This document shows positions 63,301 to 64,000 of a DNA stretch of 64,000 nt, one piece after another. The DNA comes from Phoronis australis (taxonomy: Eukaryota; Animalia; Phoronida), in contig NMRA01000016.1 of the NCBI GenBank assembly GCA_002633005.1, positions 861,874 through 925,873 of the forward strand, given 5' to 3'. The notes beneath the pieces were generated by a model, which saw nothing but the letters and a program-made list of their open reading frames with translations, did not search any database and had not been told where the DNA came from. The translations under genes were made by a program, and so were the position numbers. The stretch's first letter is position 1, and each line of letters opens with the position of its first letter.

Positions 63301-63886
63301 AACTGGTGACGACCACATGGACGAGGTGGCGTGGCGATTGGAAGGAACCTGAAATTCGGGCTCACGGGGGCAAAACTATGGCAAAGTCAAATTATTTTAT
63401 GTCCCTCTGAATATTTTACCTGGTTATGCGCCATTTAACGCATCATAACGAAGTCTATGTCACTGTCGACATGAGCCAAACGTGTGAGATGTGAGCGTGT
63501 TACACCTCATATAAGTTATTAAAATATAGGGAAATCAGTTAATAAATGAAGTAATCCTGTAATAAAAGACAAAAGACTGGAAAAAGGTGGAAATACATGC
63601 ACAGGGTAGCCAAATTTGCTGACGGTGGTGTGTTTTTCACGGGGGGGGGGCAAATAGGCCGTCCCGATGGCCTCGCTCTCAGTGACAAACTCCATCTTCG
63701 CCAATAAAGCTCTTTGCTAGTACACGCTGAATTGTGTTTTTACAGGTCTCAAACCTGGACGAAGCGGCTGCCTGCTTGAACCACACTACATCGAATGCGC
63801 TGACGTTAACTCTTTCTGCAACGGTTCCTTCTGTGCGTGTAAACCGGGGTACATCCTCAACAAAACAAGCGAAATATGCATAAAAC
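39231..63886 (+). CDS. Secreted/cell-surface protein of tandem 6-Cys EB/EGF-like modules (at least 10 modules, 3'-partial)
   Basis: Signal exon 39231-39300 ([20 protein letters not shown]). Phase 1-1 module exons at 47658-47804, 50003-50161, 50691-50840, 51386-51541, 55132-55281, 55842-55997, 58665-58805, 59270-59398, 61099-61263 and 63746-63886, each with the pattern (I/V/L)G..C..C..C..CxC..G(Y/F)..C. The gene continues beyond the window. Confidence 0.85.
39832..40008 (-). repeat. 3' LTR (177 bp)
   Basis: Starts TG after the PPT on the minus strand; 11 mismatches in 148 bp versus 45613-45760 by manual alignment. Confidence 0.92.
40169..43195 (-). pseudogene. pol: Gypsy pol pseudogene (protease, RT, RNase H, integrase) with frameshifts and stops
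   Basis: ORF pieces 42587-43096, 42144-42644, 41651-42202, 41156-41602, 40715-41155 and 40169-40708. The RT catalytic xxDD motif is deleted near 42190. Confidence 0.92.
43200..44660 (-). mobile_element. 5'-truncated L1/Tx1-type LINE nested in the Gypsy element
   Basis: [12 protein letters not shown] and [18 protein letters not shown]......CSF....ETLSHLF (zf-RVT-like), with AATAAA and an A-rich tail at ~43225-43200 on the minus strand. Confidence 0.85.
44665..45410 (-). pseudogene. gag: Gypsy gag pseudogene
   Basis: W..F...W..Y..AS.L.K.....[20 protein letters not shown]...LRDRLV..IRD..VRERLL, and C-x2-C-x4-H-x4-C ([14 protein letters not shown]). Confidence 0.85.
45613..45760 (-). repeat. 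5' LTR (about 30 bp missing at its outer end)
   Basis: Ends CA immediately before the PBS on the minus strand. Confidence 0.92.
47094..47228. mobile_element. Short multimeric MITE with 5-bp TSD TAACG
   Basis: TAACG|CATGG...GCCGCCCATG|TAACG, with two internal copies of GGGGCT.TAGCCCC...TTTTCAGTGCT..GCCGC.CATG. Confidence 0.6.
47658..47804 (+). CDS. Cys-module exon 1
   Basis: [46 protein letters not shown]. Confidence 0.85.
48764..48830 (+). mobile_element. tRNA-like Pol III head (SINE remnant)
   Basis: TGGTGTAGTGGT (A box) ... GAGTTCGGGTC (B-box-like). No acceptor stem. Confidence 0.35.
50003..50161 (+). CDS. Cys-module exon 2
   Basis: [12 protein letters not shown]...RCL...[20 protein letters not shown]. 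Confidence 0.85.
50691..50840 (+). CDS. Cys-module exon 3 (duplicate A1)
   Basis: [44 protein letters not shown]. Confidence 0.85.
51386..51541 (+). CDS. Cys-module exon 4 (duplicate B1)
   Basis: [21 protein letters not shown]...[19 protein letters not shown]. Confidence 0.85.
52222..52656. mobile_element. MITE with ~58-bp TIRs
   Basis: CCAGTGCCCGGTTGCA...GGACTCAACTAAG and its inverse CTTAGTTGAGTCC...TGCAACCCGGCACTGG. Confidence 0.8.
53568..54169. other. Assembly gap
   Basis: Run of 602 N. Confidence 0.99.
55132..55281 (+). CDS. Cys-module exon 5 (duplicate A2)
   Basis: [44 protein letters not shown]. Confidence 0.85.
55842..55997 (+). CDS. Cys-module exon 6 (duplicate B2)
   Basis: [21 protein letters not shown]...[19 protein letters not shown]. 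Confidence 0.85.
56655..57090. mobile_element. Second copy of the ~58-bp-TIR MITE (duplicated with the segment)
   Basis: Same termini and the same flanks as 52222-52656. Confidence 0.8.
58665..58805 (+). CDS. Cys-module exon 7
   Basis: [45 protein letters not shown]. Confidence 0.87.
59270..59398 (+). CDS. Cys-module exon 8 (alternative in-frame acceptor giving start 59264)
   Basis: [42 protein letters not shown]; not in the ORF track on this strand. Confidence 0.85.
59777..60580. mobile_element. MITE with GGGCCCGTT termini, interrupted by a LINE 3' fragment
   Basis: GGGCCCGTTGCAAAAAAC...GTTTTCACAGAACGGGCCC. An uninterrupted related copy lies at 203-420. Confidence 0.65.
59845..60398 (-). 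mobile_element. LINE (CR1/L2-like) 3' fragment
   Basis: Minus strand [35 protein letters not shown] (C-x-C...H...C knuckle), ending in AATAAA followed by a (TA)n/A tail. Confidence 0.6.
61099..61263 (+). CDS. Cys-module exon 9
   Basis: VLGQECTID...[11 protein letters not shown]...[18 protein letters not shown]. Confidence 0.85.
63746..63886 (+). CDS. Cys-module exon 10
   Basis: [44 protein letters not shown], with TTTTTACAG| and |GTAAGT. Confidence 0.85.
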
Positions 63887-64000
63887 GTAAGTATTCCAAG
63901 CTGAGGAACATACATGTATTGTATAGCCTTCATGTAGTTAAGTTCCAACTCCATGATGTGCTGGTTAGAAAACCTATGTGAGTGTCTCAGTTTGGAGAAC

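Overview
Eukaryotic, intron-rich, AT-rich genomic DNA from an invertebrate animal. The domain content suggests a marine invertebrate such as a lophotrochozoan, but that is inference. Most ORFs in the supplied track are spurious, so gene models were rebuilt by hand from GT-AG sites with consistent phases. Five host genes are supported. (1) A single-coding-exon 403-aa protein on the minus strand (757-1968) with six RRxS motifs. (2) A 4-exon, 242-aa orphan secreted Cys-rich protein on the minus strand (4159-7565). (3) A 13-exon type I membrane protein on the plus strand (15316-33148) with Sushi-CTLD-Sushi2-SUEL-Sushi3-TM architecture and an unresolved N-terminus. (4) A candidate 96-aa amidated-peptide precursor on the plus strand (37179-38505). 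(5) A secreted protein built from at least ten 6-Cys EB/EGF-like modules, one per phase 1-1 exon (39231 to beyond 63886), including a ~2.9-kb tandem duplication of two exons. Mobile DNA includes a decayed Ty3/Gypsy LTR element (39832-45760) with a nested L1/Tx1-type LINE, two Penelope-like remnants (one with an intact-core minimal hammerhead ribozyme at 36766-36804), LINE 3' ends, several MITE families, a minisatellite and microsatellites. There are two assembly gaps. No rRNA, functional tRNA or CRISPR array was seen.
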